Both the position numbers and the translations under genes were made by a program. The notes under the pieces are model-generated. The model was not told the DNA's origin. It was given only the letters and a program-made list of their open reading frames with translations, and did not search any database. Below, piece after piece: positions 1-9,867 of a DNA stretch of 64,000 nucleotides. This DNA is from an uncultured Lachnospiraceae bacterium (GTDB taxonomy: Bacteria > Bacillota > Clostridia > Lachnospirales > Lachnospiraceae): the NCBI GenBank assembly GCA_934351835.1, contig CAKRJP010000007.1, forward strand, positions 1,268 through 65,267, in the 5' to 3' direction. Numbering within the stretch: position 1 is the stretch's first letter; each line of letters opens with the position of its first letter.

Positions 1-192
1 CATTACTTATGAAGATTAGAGAATGGTTAGATGCTTATTATGACAGTTTTAAGATGGTAACATTATAATAATGACAAAATTGTAGTCGACAATTTATTGA
101 AAACAGATTATAGTTCATAAGAGTTCATTACAAATGAGAGGTTGTTATTAAAATAGTGTAGTCATGAGAATAGAAATAATTGAAAATTGGTA

Positions 193-230
193 AAGGGATA
201 CTGCGTTGGTTGATGTGGTATCCCTTTTTG
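193..230 (+). terminator. Rho-independent terminator-like hairpin
   Basis: Arms aagggatac (193-201) and gtatccctt (218-226) are followed by a T-run. It lies upstream of the first complete gene. Confidence 0.5.
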
Positions 231-294
231 TGTGTTGAATATCCTGAAAGAAATGGGGAATACTTTAAGAAAATATGTGATAAGTGGGTAAAAA

Positions 295-1467
295 ATGTTA
301 TTTAGTCAGGATGATATAAAAAAAATAAAACAACTGATTATATTTTCAATATTTATAATTGCAGCTTTGTGGAAATATGAAGTGATTTTCCAGATATTTG
401 CTTATATATTGAAGATATTTTTTCCATTTTTATTAGGTGGGACAATCGCATTTGTATTAAATGTGCCAATGAATTTTATAGAAAGAAAATTGAGTGAAAA
501 AATTAATTCTGAAATTAATTCCGGAAAGAAGAAATCTTCCGGGGGAGTAAAAATCATGAGATCAGTCAGTCTGCTAATTGTGATGGTCAGTGTGTTATGC
601 ATTTTTGGAATGATTTTGTTTGTATTAATTCCAAAACTGATACATACATTTCAGAATGTAGGCGAACAATTAGATTTATTTTTTGAGAAAATTTCGTTGT
701 GTTTTGAAAAAATGGAAAATCAGGATTCTATATTTTCTTTTATGGAATTTAATATAAATGATGTGAGAAATGTGATTCAAAAGTTTTTTATTTCGGGAAC
801 GGGCAATTTATGGGATTCTACATTTAAGATAGCGAGAAGTGTTGCACGGGGAGTGGTAAATACATTGATTGCGATTGTATTTGCGATTTATTTATTGTTG
901 CAGAAGGAGACTATTGGCAGACAAATAAAGAAAGTTTTGTATGCTTTTTTCAGAAAAGGTCGGGTAGATGCATTTTTGGAAGTAATGAGTCTTACTTATC
1001 ATACGTTTTCAGGATTTTTGACGGGACAATGTCTGGAGGCAGTGATTCTGGGGAGTTTGTTTATAGTGGTTTTACTGCTTTTCAGGATCCCTTATGCGTT
1101 GTTGATTGGTATTTTGATTACATTTACAGCACTGGTTCCGGTATTTGGCGCATTGGCAGGATGCCTGATTGGGACATTTTTGATATTTGTGACGGATCCG
1201 ATGAAAGCTTTGGGATTTATTATTATATTTATAATATTACAGCAGATTGAGGGCAATTTTATCTATCCGCATGTAGTAGGGAATTCGGTGGGACTTCCGT
1301 CTATCTGGGTTTTAGCTGCAGTGACATTGGGTGGAAATCTGATGGGGATTACGGGGATGCTGATCTTTATTCCGGTTGTTTCTGTGTTGTATGCGCTTTT
1401 TCGTGAAATTGTCTATCTAAAGCTAAAAAAGTCTGGAATTAAACCGGAAGATATCTCTTATTTTTGA
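295..1467 (+). CDS. AI-2E family (UPF0118/PerM-like) transporter
   Basis: 390-aa polytopic membrane protein. The C-terminal block LQQIEGNFIYPHVVGNSVGLPSIWVLAAV is typical of AI-2E/YtvI-type permeases. Confidence 0.8.
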   Translation: MLFSQDDIKKIKQLIIFSIFIIAALWKYEVIFQIFAYILKIFFPFLLGGTIAFVLNVPMNFIERKLSEKINSEINSGKKKSSGGVKIMRSVSLLIVMVSVLCIFGMILFVLIPKLIHTFQNVGEQLDLFFEKISLCFEKMENQDSIFSFMEFNINDVRNVIQKFFISGTGNLWDSTFKIARSVARGVVNTLIAIVFAIYLLLQKETIGRQIKKVLYAFFRKGRVDAFLEVMSLTYHTFSGFLTGQCLEAVILGSLFIVVLLLFRIPYALLIGILITFTALVPVFGALAGCLIGTFLIFVTDPMKALGFIIIFIILQQIEGNFIYPHVVGNSVGLPSIWVLAAVTLGGNLMGITGMLIFIPVVSVLYALFREIVYLKLKKSGIKPEDISYF

Positions 1468-1486
1468 TATTTTATCTTCTATTTTT

Positions 1487-1515
1487 TTGACATTAAAGGG
1501 GGTGTATGATAAAAT
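1487..1515 (+). promoter_or_regulatory. sigma-A type promoter (TTGACA-17-TAAAAT with TGn extended -10)
   Basis: ttgaca at 1487-1492 and taaaat at 1510-1515, with tg at 1507-1508. It is about 50 nt upstream of the 1563 start. Confidence 0.5.
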
Positions 1516-1562
1516 TTATACGTATAACTATAAGATACCGTAGGTATTGTATTTAGGTTGAG

Positions 1563-4500
1563 GTGAGAGATTTGGATAAATATGAATATAGGGTAAAGAC
1601 GGAGCAGATGCTCGGTTACGTCGAAAAGAAGCAATACAAGAAAGCAATGGAAATTGCTGACACGATTGACTGGCGTAGAGTAAAGAGTGCTTCTATGTTA
1701 AGTTCAGTCAGTGAGATATATGAATACAACGGTGAATATCAAAAGAGTAGAGAGATATTGTTAGTTGCGTTTGACAGATCGCCGGGAAGCAGAAAGATTA
1801 TATATCGTTTAGGAACGCTGGCACTCAAGTTGAATGAGATAGAAGAGGCCTCCGACTGTTATGAGGAATTTGTAAAATTAGCTCCGAGAGACCCTAACCA
1901 ATATATCTTAAGATATAAGATTTTGAAAGCCCAGGAGGCACCGCTTACAGAGCAGATTACTGCTTTGGAAGATTTTAAAAAGGCAGAATATATTGAAAAA
2001 TGGGCCTATGAACTTGCAAAGTTATATCATGAAGCGGGTATGACATCAGAATGTTTGGAAGAATGTGATGATCTGATCCTATGGTTCAGTGAGGGCAAGT
2101 ATGTATATCAGGCGATGGAGCTTAAGATGAAGTATAAACCGCTGACTCCATTGCAGCAGAAGAAATATGACAGCCGCCCGGGAGCGCCTAAGAAAGAAGT
2201 TGTAGAAGAACCAAAACCGGCATCTGTTGCTGAAAAGATTCCGGTTCGTCCGGCAGTTGAAGAGACAACGGTGATTCCGAATCTGCGTCAGGTAATCAAT
2301 GAAGTTGAGAAGGATTCCGTGGAAGAACCGGAGGACGATATCATTATTACAAAGCCTGAGGAGACAGAGAGACATTCAGCAATTACGAATGTTATTACAG
2401 GATCTTCGTTACAGGAAGCGTTGAAGACAGGCGTTGCAATTGCAAGTGGCATTAATATGGAAGAAAAGGCCATGAAAGAGAAGGACGAAGAACTTCGCGT
2501 AAATGGTCAGATGAAGATTGATGAGATTCTTCAGGAATGGGAAGAAAAGCAGAAAGAACATGCTGAAGAGATAAAGAAGCAAAAAGAAAAAGATGAAGAA
2601 CGTCTTCAGAAAGAACGTGAAGAAGCTGAACGTCGAATGGAAGCTGAGCGTTTAGAGGTTGAGCGAAAAGCAGCCGAAGCTGAGGCTGCGAGAAAAGCGG
2701 CTGAGGAAGCAGCAAGAAAAGCAGCTGAAGAAGAAGCCGCAAGAAAAGCAGCCGAGGAAGAAGCCGCAAGAAAAGCAGCCGAGGAAGAAGCAGCAAGAAA
2801 AGCAGCTGAAGAAGAAGCAGCAAGAAAAGCAGCCGAGGAAGAAGCAGCAAGAAAAGCAGCCGAAGAAGAAGCCGCAAGAAAAGCAGCAAGAAAAGCAGCT
2901 GAGGAAGAACCTGCGGAAGATGATTTAGCACAGTTGATGGATCAGATGGAGATTGTAGATGATGAAGATGCGGAAGAGGTTTCTGTAGACGATATTACAA
3001 TTGATGAGGCACTGATCAAAGATGTTATTACCGAATCTGAGGTTGACGAGGACGAGTTCGACGAAGATGAATTCGAAGAAGTAGAGGAAGCTGACGAAGA
3101 CGAGTTCGATGAGGATGAATTCGACGAAGTAGAGGAAGCTGACGAAGACGAGTTCGACGAGGATGAGTTTGACGAAGATGAATTCGAAGAAGTAGAGGAA
3201 GCTGACGAAGACGAGTTCGACGAGGATGAGTTTGAAGAAGTAGAAGAAGCTGACGAAGATGAGTTCGACGAGGATGAGTTCGACGAGGATGAATTCGACG
3301 AAGTAGAGGAAGCTGACGAAGACGGGTCCGACGAGGATGAATTCGAAGAAGTAGAAGAAGCTGACGAAGACGAATTCGATGAGTTTGAGGAAGTAGAAGA
3401 TACTTTTGAAGAATTTGACGATTCAGATGATGAAGATGATATAGATGACTTCGGTGACTTTGGAGATTTCGGAGATTTTGCTGATGAAGATGATCTGGGT
3501 GAAGACGAATTCGAAGAGGACGGATTTGATGAAGATGAATTCGATGAAGATGAATTTGACGAAGATGAATTCGATGAAGACGAATTTGACGAAGATGAAT
3601 TTGATGAGGATGAGTTCGATGAGGATGAGTTCGAAGAGACTGATATTTTAGAGAACAGACCTACGAAACGACTTTCAGCAGAGACTTTGGAGATTGAGGA
3701 ACCTTCTGAAGAAGAGATTCAGGCGAGAATTAAGAAATCAAAAGGCGGCGGAGTTCCATTTGATACAGGATTTGTTGTAACCGGCCGTTATGATCTGAGT
3801 GCAACGAGTGAGATTGGTCTGAAAGCCGGACTTACAGAAGAACAGAAGAAACTGTTTTCATATTTTGTACCTGTAAGAGGTATGAGTGAACAGATTGTAA
3901 GTGTTCTTGATAATGACAGAAGAGCTCAGAGAGAGGGAACTTCTAAGACAGGTAACCTTCTGGTGATCGGACGTAAAGGTTCTGGTAAGACGGTTCTTGC
4001 GGTTGATATTGTAAAAGCGATCCAAAAACAGAGAAACCTTAAACAAGGTAAGGTAGCAATCGTTACCGGAGAGTCTTTGAATAAGAAAGAACTTACTAAT
4101 ATCATGCAGAAACTTCGTGGTGGAGCGATCATCATTGAGAAAGCTGGTAAGTTAAATTCCAGAACAATCAAAGAACTGAATTACTTAATGGAGAAGAAGA
4201 CCGGAGAGTTGTTATTTGTTCTGGAAGACCAGAGAAAACCGTTAGAGCGTATCATGACAGCCAATCCGGATTTCAAGAAGAAATTTACTTCAAAGCTGGA
4301 GCTTCCGGTATTCATTAATGATGAACTGGTAACATTTGGTCAGACATATGCAAAAGAGAATGGATATAAACTGGATGAGATGGGTATCCTGGCACTGTAT
4401 AGCCGTATTGATATGATGCAGAGAGAAGATCATTCCGTATCTGTAGCTGAAGTAAAAGAGATTATGGATGAAGCAATCGAGCATTCTCAGAAAGCAACTG

Positions 4501-4586
4501 CAAAGCATCTGGCTCGAAGAGTATTTGGTAAAGGTACAGATGAATCTGACAGAGTTATCCTGAAAGAAGAAGATTTTAAGATCTGA
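1563..4586 (+). CDS. Large TPR / coiled-coil / poly-acidic repeat protein with a C-terminal AAA-like P-loop domain
   Basis: 1007-aa ORF with a GTG start. The N-terminus has TPR-like helices. Next come AAEEEAARK x8 repeats, then about 200 aa of [11 protein letters not shown] repeats. The C-terminal part carries Walker A GRKGSGKT and resembles SpoVK/CbbX-type ATPases. Confidence 0.7.
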   Translation: MRDLDKYEYRVKTEQMLGYVEKKQYKKAMEIADTIDWRRVKSASMLSSVSEIYEYNGEYQKSREILLVAFDRSPGSRKIIYRLGTLALKLNEIEEASDCYEEFVKLAPRDPNQYILRYKILKAQEAPLTEQITALEDFKKAEYIEKWAYELAKLYHEAGMTSECLEECDDLILWFSEGKYVYQAMELKMKYKPLTPLQQKKYDSRPGAPKKEVVEEPKPASVAEKIPVRPAVEETTVIPNLRQVINEVEKDSVEEPEDDIIITKPEETERHSAITNVITGSSLQEALKTGVAIASGINMEEKAMKEKDEELRVNGQMKIDEILQEWEEKQKEHAEEIKKQKEKDEERLQKEREEAERRMEAERLEVERKAAEAEAARKAAEEAARKAAEEEAARKAAEEEAARKAAEEEAARKAAEEEAARKAAEEEAARKAAEEEAARKAARKAAEEEPAEDDLAQLMDQMEIVDDEDAEEVSVDDITIDEALIKDVITESEVDEDEFDEDEFEEVEEADEDEFDEDEFDEVEEADEDEFDEDEFDEDEFEEVEEADEDEFDEDEFEEVEEADEDEFDEDEFDEDEFDEVEEADEDGSDEDEFEEVEEADEDEFDEFEEVEDTFEEFDDSDDEDDIDDFGDFGDFGDFADEDDLGEDEFEEDGFDEDEFDEDEFDEDEFDEDEFDEDEFDEDEFDEDEFEETDILENRPTKRLSAETLEIEEPSEEEIQARIKKSKGGGVPFDTGFVVTGRYDLSATSEIGLKAGLTEEQKKLFSYFVPVRGMSEQIVSVLDNDRRAQREGTSKTGNLLVIGRKGSGKTVLAVDIVKAIQKQRNLKQGKVAIVTGESLNKKELTNIMQKLRGGAIIIEKAGKLNSRTIKELNYLMEKKTGELLFVLEDQRKPLERIMTANPDFKKKFTSKLELPVFINDELVTFGQTYAKENGYKLDEMGILALYSRIDMMQREDHSVSVAEVKEIMDEAIEHSQKATAKHLARRVFGKGTDESDRVILKEEDFKI
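2671..2908 (+). repeat. In-frame 27-bp tandem repeat (about 8 copies, encodes AAEEEAARK)
   Basis: The unit gcagccgaggaagaagc(c/a)gcaagaaaa is reiterated with few substitutions inside the CDS 1563..4586. Confidence 0.9.
3044..3638 (+). repeat. In-frame acidic tandem repeats (15-nt DEDEF units and about 48-nt [16 protein letters not shown] units)
   Basis: gacgaggatgagttc / gaagaagtagaggaagctgacgaa units are reiterated many times. The region codes for an almost pure D/E/F segment. Confidence 0.9.
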
Positions 4587-4614
4587 TAGGATTCGACAGA
4601 TTTGAGAATTTCAG

Positions 4615-4656
4615 AGAAAGAGTTTTGATATTTTGATATCGAGACTCTTTCTTTTT
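4615..4656 (+). terminator. Rho-independent terminator
   Basis: Arms agaaagagt (4615-4623) and actctttct (4644-4652) are followed by tttt. Confidence 0.6.
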
Positions 4657-4739
4657 ATATTGTGATATTGTATAATATGAATAATAATATTGCGGTTTTT
4701 TGGTGAAAACTGTATAAAATGATCGGAAAGGTGAATTAT

Positions 4740-6650
4740 ATGGCTTCAAAAAAATATAAACCATATGAAGTGGGGGAACTTGATCAGTATTTGTTTGGTC
4801 AGGGCAATCATTACGAAATTTATAAAAAACTGGGTGCACATAAGGCTAAGAAAGGTAAGAAAGATGGCGTGTATTTTGCAGTCTGGGCACCGCATGCAAA
4901 ATCTGTATCCGTGGTAGGCGAATTTAATGACTGGGATCGTACAGCTGATCCGATGGAGCGCCTGGGGGACGGAGGCATTTATGCGTGTTTTGTTCCTGAC
5001 GTTAAAAAATATGCCATGTACAAGTATTCCATAGAGACCTACAGCGGAGAGTTCATTATGAAGGCTGATCCGTATGCGACACATGCTGAGCTGCGACCGG
5101 GCACGGCGTCTAAGTATGTGGATATTTCAGATATCAAATGGTCCGATGGTGCATGGATGGAGCGTCGTAAAGAGTGGGATCATAAGACGAATCCGATGTC
5201 TGTCTACGAGGTACATATTGGTTCATGGAAGAGACATCCGGGACGCGAGGATGAAGGATTCTACAGCTATCGCGAATTTGCAAAAGAGGCTGTGAAATAT
5301 ATCAAAGATATGGGATATACCCACATCGAACTTATGGGTATTGCGGAGCATCCGTTTGACGGTTCCTGGGGATATCAGGTGACTGGTTACTATGCACCGA
5401 CTTCCAGATATGGAACGCCACAGGATTTTGCGTGGATGATCAATTATTTCCATAGGAATAAGATTGGCGTTATTCTTGACTGGGTACCGGCGCATTTCCC
5501 GAAGGATGCCCATGGCCTGGCTGATTTTGATGGCACACCGACGTATGAATATGCAGATCCGAGAAAAGGAGAGCATCCGGACTGGGGAACCAAGATTTTT
5601 GATTTTGGTAAACATGAGGTGCAGAATTTCCTGCTTTCCAATGCATTATACTGGATTGAACAATTCCATGTGGATGGGCTTCGTGTGGATGCGGTGGCGT
5701 CTATGTTGTATCTGGATTATGGAAAGAAAGACGGCGAGTGGGTGGCCAATGAGTATGGCGGCAATAAGAATCTGGAGGCAGTTGGATTCTTTAAACATTT
5801 GAATTCGGTAGTGCTTGGGCGTAATCCGGGGGCAGTGATGATTGCGGAAGAATCTACAGCGTGGCCGAAGGTTACCGGCGATGTGGAGGATGACGGACTT
5901 GGATTCAGCTTAAAATGGAACATGGGATGGATGCATGATTTTACCGAATATATGAAATTAGATCCTTATTTCCGTAAGGATAATCATCATGCAATGACGT
6001 TTGCCATGAGTTATGCGTATAGTGAGAATTATATTTTGGTGCTTTCCCATGATGAGGTTGTGCATTTGAAATGTTCGATGTTGAATAAGATGCCTGGTCT
6101 GGGATTTGATAAATATGCGAATCTGAAAGCCGGTTATGCGTTCATGGCAGGACATGCAGGAAAGAAACTGCTCTTTATGGGACAAGAGTTTGCGCAGCTT
6201 AGAGAGTGGAGCGAGGAGCGAGAACTTGACTGGTATCTGCTGGAAGAGCCGGAACATCAGGCTATCCAGAACTGGGTAAGGGATCTCTTACATCTTTATA
6301 AGCGCAATAAAGCGATGTATGAGCAGGACTGTGACTGGCAGGGATTTGAGTGGATTAATGCAGATGACGCTTATAGAAGTATTTACAGCTTTGTCAGACA
6401 TTCTAAGGCGAATAAGAAGAACCTCCTGTTTGTATGCAATTTCACACCGATGGAGCGAGATGACTACCGTGTAGGTGTTCCAAGGAGAAAGCAGTATAAG
6501 CTGATCCTGAACAGTGATGATGAGAAATACGGAGGAACGGGTGCCGAGAGGCCGTTGGTATATAAAGCCGAGAAAAAGGAATGTGACGGAAGACCATATT
6601 CATTTGCATATAAGCTACCGCCTTATGGAGTAGCAGTGTTCGAGTTTTAG
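4740..6650 (+). CDS. glgB: 1,4-alpha-glucan branching enzyme
   Basis: The ORF has GH13 branching-enzyme blocks (YFAVWAPHA, GYTHIELMGIAEHP, GVILDWVPAHF, GLRVDAVASMLY, MIAEESTAWP). I place the start at ATG 4740 (MASKKYKPYE), which follows ggaaaggtg. Confidence 0.95.
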   Translation: MASKKYKPYEVGELDQYLFGQGNHYEIYKKLGAHKAKKGKKDGVYFAVWAPHAKSVSVVGEFNDWDRTADPMERLGDGGIYACFVPDVKKYAMYKYSIETYSGEFIMKADPYATHAELRPGTASKYVDISDIKWSDGAWMERRKEWDHKTNPMSVYEVHIGSWKRHPGREDEGFYSYREFAKEAVKYIKDMGYTHIELMGIAEHPFDGSWGYQVTGYYAPTSRYGTPQDFAWMINYFHRNKIGVILDWVPAHFPKDAHGLADFDGTPTYEYADPRKGEHPDWGTKIFDFGKHEVQNFLLSNALYWIEQFHVDGLRVDAVASMLYLDYGKKDGEWVANEYGGNKNLEAVGFFKHLNSVVLGRNPGAVMIAEESTAWPKVTGDVEDDGLGFSLKWNMGWMHDFTEYMKLDPYFRKDNHHAMTFAMSYAYSENYILVLSHDEVVHLKCSMLNKMPGLGFDKYANLKAGYAFMAGHAGKKLLFMGQEFAQLREWSEERELDWYLLEEPEHQAIQNWVRDLLHLYKRNKAMYEQDCDWQGFEWINADDAYRSIYSFVRHSKANKKNLLFVCNFTPMERDDYRVGVPRRKQYKLILNSDDEKYGGTGAERPLVYKAEKKECDGRPYSFAYKLPPYGVAVFEF

Positions 6651-6715
6651 ACTTCGGAGAGGAGATTTCTTTGAAGGCATAAAATTGAGAGTTATAGATA
6701 TATGAAAGCAGAACA

Positions 6716-6740
6716 ATAGCCGGGCGTAATGCCCGGCTAT
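6716..6740. terminator. GC-rich hairpin between convergent genes
   Basis: Arms atagccgggc and gcccggctat flank the loop gtaat. The hairpin lies between the glgB stop and the stop of the minus-strand gene. Its T-tracts are poor. Confidence 0.45.
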
Positions 6741-6768
6741 CTGCATGTCTTGAATTATTTAATTAAGA

Positions 6769-8004
6769 TTATTCGGCATTCTGAGAAGTGTTGTCTGTCT
6801 CAGAAGTATTGTCGCTATAGGAAGAACTGTTGTCTGAAGATTCTGTGCCTGTGTCAGATTCATCTGAAGATTCATCGGAATCATAGCTGTCGGAATAAGT
6901 ATTGTCTATAGCATCGTTTTCATCATCGGAATCATAGCTGTCCTGTGACTGCTCGACAGTATTTGCATCATTGCGCACAGAGGTGTCAGAAGATTCTGAG
7001 GATGATTTACTTCCACCGAAAAGATTTTTGAAGAAGTTGGAAATCTTAGCAAAAAATCCTTCGTTGTCATTGTCATTATCATTGTCTGATGAATCAGAGT
7101 CTAAAGTACTGTTGATGATAGTACCACTTCCGAATGTATCGTCGTTTGTGTCGTTGATGATACCACCTTCAGAGTCCCCGCCAAAGGCACTTTTGATGGA
7201 ATCCCAGAGTCCTGCAAAAAATCCTTTGTCTTTTCCACCGGTGAGATTATCAAGAGTCGTCTGTAATGATTTTACATCATAATCATACTGTGAAATCTTT
7301 TCCATCAGATCAGTGATCTGAGCAATCTGATCTTCTGTCAGAGTTACACCGGCTTTGTCTGCGGCATCGTTAATGCTGTCCTGGATATCAGAAGGATCTG
7401 TGATATCATTTTCAATGACATCTTCTTTTATCTGGTTCATGATGTCAGTTGCGGCATCATTACCAACAGAGTCGGACAGGTCTGTAGTGGTTACAAGTTC
7501 CTGTGTAGCAGCTTCTTTCTGGCCTTCATCAAGTGTCTTGCCGCTGGCTTTCTCGTAAGCAAGCATGATTCCTGTGAGAGCTCCCGTTCCGGATACTGCA
7601 AATGGTGCAGCAGCAACGACATTACAGTTCTCGACACCGGAAGTCGTCAGTGTACTTGCAATCATGGAACTGGTGACATATGTAAGGTTCGCTGTCTTCA
7701 CCTGGATACCACCGCTGGTAGTAGGTTCTACATAAGCACAACTGTAAGTTCTGCTACCGATCTGTTCTTCCGGTGCGACACCTTCCAGATACTGACGTTC
7801 CTGTGTGTTATTGACTTCGATTGTATCGACCTTGTCTGAGGAAGTTCCAAAGTACTCATACATGGAATTTCTCTGATCCTCTGTAAGATCGGCACCGAGT
7901 GTTACGACATTTGCAGCACTGTCAGCGTATACAACTGCAGGCATGGCGGTACATGTCATAACAGCAGCTAAAGTAACTGGTATTAATTTTTTGAACTTTT
8001 TCAT
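6769..8004 (-). CDS. Secreted DUF1002-like protein with Ser/Asp-rich low-complexity C-terminus
   Basis: There is a signal peptide MKKFKKLIPVTLAAVMTCTAMPAVVYA. The N-terminal block VVTLGADLTEDQRNSMYEYFG is characteristic of DUF1002. The C-terminal 120 aa are S/D/N-rich. Confidence 0.75.
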   Translation of the reverse strand: MKKFKKLIPVTLAAVMTCTAMPAVVYADSAANVVTLGADLTEDQRNSMYEYFGTSSDKVDTIEVNNTQERQYLEGVAPEEQIGSRTYSCAYVEPTTSGGIQVKTANLTYVTSSMIASTLTTSGVENCNVVAAAPFAVSGTGALTGIMLAYEKASGKTLDEGQKEAATQELVTTTDLSDSVGNDAATDIMNQIKEDVIENDITDPSDIQDSINDAADKAGVTLTEDQIAQITDLMEKISQYDYDVKSLQTTLDNLTGGKDKGFFAGLWDSIKSAFGGDSEGGIINDTNDDTFGSGTIINSTLDSDSSDNDNDNDNEGFFAKISNFFKNLFGGSKSSSESSDTSVRNDANTVEQSQDSYDSDDENDAIDNTYSDSYDSDESSDESDTGTESSDNSSSYSDNTSETDNTSQNAE

Positions 8005-8155
8005 AATGTTTGATACTATCCCCTTTCGAATGAATCAATATCCCCTTGTTTGTGAGTTTCTTATTTTATGAAAGGGGACAGAAAATTGTTCTGTTCCCTT
8101 TCCAGAACCGTTCACAGTATACCATATTTTTTTGAAATGAAACATAAAATATATC

Positions 8156-8494
8156 TTAACTAATTCTGAATATTTGCCGTAAGCGTTTCTCAAATTGTGA
8201 CTGACTGATGATTCCCTGCATAAATCCGGTACATTGTCCGTTTTTGAAAAAGACAAAGGTCGGAACAATATCTGCGCCATAAGTGGCAGAAAGTTCCGGA
8301 AACTGGTCAATATCTATCAGGAAGAAATGCGCTTTGTGCCGATATTTCTTTTCAAGGCTTTCTACCATAGGTTTCATCATGGCACATTTGCCACACCAGG
8401 CAGCATAGAACATTACCATGACAGGGAAAGAACGGTTGATTTCTGTTTCAAATGTTTCAGATGTCAGATGCAGCATATGAAAACCTCTTTTCAC
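8156..8494 (-). CDS. Thioredoxin family protein
   Basis: 112 aa. The active-site variant WCGKC sits in the context VMFYAAWCGKCAMMKP. RBS agagg is upstream. Confidence 0.85.
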   Translation of the reverse strand: MKRGFHMLHLTSETFETEINRSFPVMVMFYAAWCGKCAMMKPMVESLEKKYRHKAHFFLIDIDQFPELSATYGADIVPTFVFFKNGQCTGFMQGIISQSQFEKRLRQIFRIS

Positions 8495-8506
8495 GGGATT
8501 CTTTAC

Positions 8507-8641
8507 CTAGCATCTGGGGTTCAGGATTCGAATGACTTCGTCCATGGATCTGTGAAAATGGTGACAGCATTTGGCAAGTCGTTTATTATAGTAGGTATAT
8601 TCACAGATTTTTTGTCTGATACATTTCCTTTTACGCCCCAT
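8507..8641 (-). CDS. Possible 44-aa Cys/His-rich small protein (below the ORF-track cutoff)
   Basis: My translation of the minus strand gives MGRKRKCIRQKICEYTYYNKRLAKCCHHFHRSMDEVIRILNPRC. gaaagg lies 7 nt upstream of the ATG. The stop is 12 nt before the thioredoxin start. No family recognised. Confidence 0.3.
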   Translation of the reverse strand: MGRKRKCIRQKICEYTYYNKRLAKCCHHFHRSMDEVIRILNPRC

Positions 8642-8729
8642 ATATATGCCTTTCAAATAGAAACTCTTTCATAATAATATATGCCGGAAATGTGCGTTTG
8701 GTTATTCTGTCATTGGCATTATCGGCAGA

Positions 8730-9407
8730 TCAGATACCGGCAGCAGTTTTTCTTTTGGCAATTAGTTTGCAGATCGGATTGCCCTGTGAGGAAAATTTCT
8801 CCTCATATTCGGTCATGATGTTGCCCTGGTTTAAAACTTCGTCATGGTGCAGATCGTAAGTACAGTCCGTCATGGTAAATGTCTCCAAATCTGCAAGTTC
8901 TTCCACAGAAAAATCAAATAAGTCACGGTTATCCGTCTTAAATTCAACACTTCCGTCCGCAGTGAGTATTTTATCATATAAGGCAAAAAATTCACGGGAA
9001 GTTAAACGTCTTCTGGCGTGGCGGGCCTTTGGCCACGGATCAGAGAAGTTTAAGTAAATGCGGGCAACTTCACCCGGTGCAAATACTTCACAGATGTCAT
9101 TGGCATCCATGCAGATAAAACGGATATTTGTCGGAGGTATAGTTCCTTCTGTTTCTAAAGACTGATATTTCTCAACGGCACGGAGTAAAACGCTGGAATA
9201 GCGCTCGATGCCGATGTAGTTGATATCAGGATTCTTAGTGGCCAGCTTAAGTAAGAACTGTCCCTTCCCCATACCAATCTCGATGTGCAGTGGATGGTCG
9301 TTATTAAAGATGGCGCTCCATTTTCCTTTGTAAGAGGTCTCATCTTTGATGACCTGCTCACATGCGGCGAGAACACCTTCGGCTCTAGGTATATTTCTTA
9401 ATCTCAT
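8730..9407 (-). CDS. trmB: tRNA (guanine46-N7)-methyltransferase
   Basis: 225 aa with the TrmB pattern: MRLRNIP..., HIEIGMGKGQFL, INYIGIE, NFSDPWPK. Confidence 0.9.
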   Translation of the reverse strand: MRLRNIPRAEGVLAACEQVIKDETSYKGKWSAIFNNDHPLHIEIGMGKGQFLLKLATKNPDINYIGIERYSSVLLRAVEKYQSLETEGTIPPTNIRFICMDANDICEVFAPGEVARIYLNFSDPWPKARHARRRLTSREFFALYDKILTADGSVEFKTDNRDLFDFSVEELADLETFTMTDCTYDLHHDEVLNQGNIMTEYEEKFSSQGNPICKLIAKRKTAAGI

Positions 9408-9519
9408 AAATCCTCCATCTGAGTGTTATCATAATCATAAGTTTTTTGACGTTATCTACGCTAATATAACATAAAGAAAGAAAAAATTCAATTTTTTGGA
9501 TTTTTTTGCGGAAAAGGTC

Positions 9520-9548
9520 TTGCATTTTTGTGACAGGTATTATATAAT
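9520..9548 (+). promoter_or_regulatory. sigma-A promoter for tRNA-Lys (TTGCAT-17-TATAAT)
   Basis: ttgcat at 9520-9525, a 17-nt spacer, and tataat at 9543-9548. It is about 45 nt upstream of the tRNA. Confidence 0.6.
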
Positions 9549-9593
9549 CAATCTTGCGTTGTGAGAGACACAACTTTTAGTTTAATAAGATGT

Positions 9594-9666
9594 GCGCGAT
9601 TAGCTCAGCTGGCAGAGCACCTGACTCTTAATCAGGGTGTCCAGGGTTCGAACCCCTGATCGCGCA
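9594..9666 (+). tRNA. tRNA-Lys (anticodon CUU)
   Basis: 73 nt fold by hand into a cloverleaf. The acceptor stem is GCGCGAT/ATCGCGC and the D arm is GCTC-AGCTGGCA-GAGC. The anticodon stem is CCTGA/TCAGG with loop CTCTTAA. The T arm is CAGGG-TTCGAAC-CCCTG. Confidence 0.9.
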
Positions 9667-9671
9667 GTATT

Positions 9672-9719
9672 AATCACTGTTTTTGCAGACTTAGGAGCTG
9701 CGGGGGCGGTGATTTTTTT
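9672..9719 (+). terminator. Terminator-like hairpin after tRNA-Lys
   Basis: Arms aatcactg (9672-9679) and cggtgatt (9707-9714) include one G-U pair and are followed by T5. The loop is long and has an inner stem. Confidence 0.5.
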
Positions 9720-9867
9720 GCGTTATAAACTGTTATGCAGACCGGCGGGGTTTGCCAACTTGAAATGATTGTCGACAGGATGTGTAATGCTTTCGGTATA
9801 AAACCTTGTTGTGTAAAGGTAATTCGTGATAAAATGAAAAATATAATCAGCAGGGAGTTTTGAGGCT

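Noticed and set aside
2452-2931. ORFs on both strands inside the 27-bp repeat array (2452..2931 minus, 2659..2928 plus), and 3445..3651 plus inside the acidic repeats
   Set aside because: They are low-complexity translations of the tandem repeats in alternative frames. They lie wholly inside the long, motif-supported CDS 1563..4586.
2671-3638. Possible CRISPR array, given the regular short repeats
   Set aside because: The repeats are contiguous, with no unique spacers. They are in frame and part of a coding sequence. No cas genes are present, and no CRISPR-like repeat-spacer structure was seen anywhere in the window.
8035-8674. ORFs 8035..8310 (minus) and 8234..8674 (plus) around the thioredoxin gene
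   Set aside because: They overlap the thioredoxin CDS or its upstream region in other frames and have no RBS or motifs. Only the 44-codon minus-strand ORF 8507..8641 looked worth keeping, at low confidence.
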